Source: Antechinus flavipes (Eukaryota). Taken from it: a stretch of 64,000 nt of DNA. The notes under the pieces are model-generated. The model was not told the DNA's origin. It did no database searches and was given only the letters and a program-made list of their open reading frames with translations. How positions within the stretch are numbered: position 1 is the stretch's first letter; each line of letters begins with the position of its first letter. The DNA lies in NCBI RefSeq assembly GCF_016432865.1, contig NC_067401.1, forward strand, positions 446,400,001 to 446,464,000, written 5' to 3'. The position numbers were made by a program, and so were the translations under genes. Shown in pieces: positions 63,411-64,000 of this stretch.

Positions 63411-64000
63411 AAACATCAGAAAATGTAACAGGAGTGAATAAATGTAGCAGTCAAAATTAGCAACAGAGTTGACAGCAGAGAAACCACAAAGAGACTTCTT
63501 TCTAAATGTACACAAGAAGATAAGGGCAAAGAAGGAAGTTCTGTGGATATAACAGAGAAGAGGTAGATCTGGACATTATGAACGGAACCTGGCGACACCC
63601 TACCCACAGGTGAATTAATGTTTTATGTGGGACTACAATGCAAAGGGAGGGTATGTGAAAGGTGAACAGATCAAGGGGATAAAGAGCAATGTGAGATTTG
63701 CCCAAGCCAAATAGAGGACTGTTAATGAGGGCAAACGTGACCCTTGTGGTCTCAGTAAGAGAAAATCCTTCATGGGAGTAGAATAGAAGGAAAGGGAAAG
63801 AGTTGAAAGGGAAGAAAGGATGGAAGGAAGCCTTGCTTTGGTGGTGAAAGGAGGTTCCACTGATAAATACTTCTGTGGGTAAAGAGAGACAGTGTATGAA
63901 GGGAGACAGGAACCTTACAATGGGTGTGGTCTGGGAGATTTGATGTTTGCAAAGTTTATACTTTCTATCTCTGGAGGGGGGTGAGAAATTGAAGCTCTGG

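Noticed and set aside
59258-63952. Many Phe/Leu/Ile-rich minus-strand ORFs
   Set aside because: Antisense shadows of A-rich degenerate L1/HAL1 sequence.

Overview
Eukaryotic (marsupial) genomic DNA. It holds the complete SH3GLB1 gene (endophilin-B1/Bif-1) on the + strand. The gene has a CpG-island promoter at about 1-1000, nine constitutive coding exons from ATG 256 to TAA 40986 (366 aa), and the neuron-type alternative exons 6S/6L (28239-28277/28325) and 7 (24-nt microexon, 30068-30091). A poly(A) signal lies at 41339. The remaining ~22 kb is intergenic and repeat-rich. The repeats include CORE-SINEs (WSINE1-like, MAR1, MIR), RTE-type SINEs, L1/L2/L3 fragments, an OC1-like hAT MITE, an ERV solo LTR, a Tigger-like fragment and a 7SL retrocopy. 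This repeat set suggests an Australian dasyurid-like marsupial (inference; family names are from recalled consensus sequences, not a database search). I found no rRNA, tRNA, CRISPR or second intact protein gene, and no clearly new biological system. The best leads are a perfect 35-bp-arm hairpin in intron 1, an unannotated-looking frame-preserving 108-nt exon candidate in the alternative-exon cluster, further microexon/poison-exon candidates, a 3'UTR duplication spanning the poly(A) signal, and an antisense LTR inserted into a CpG-rich segment just downstream of the gene.
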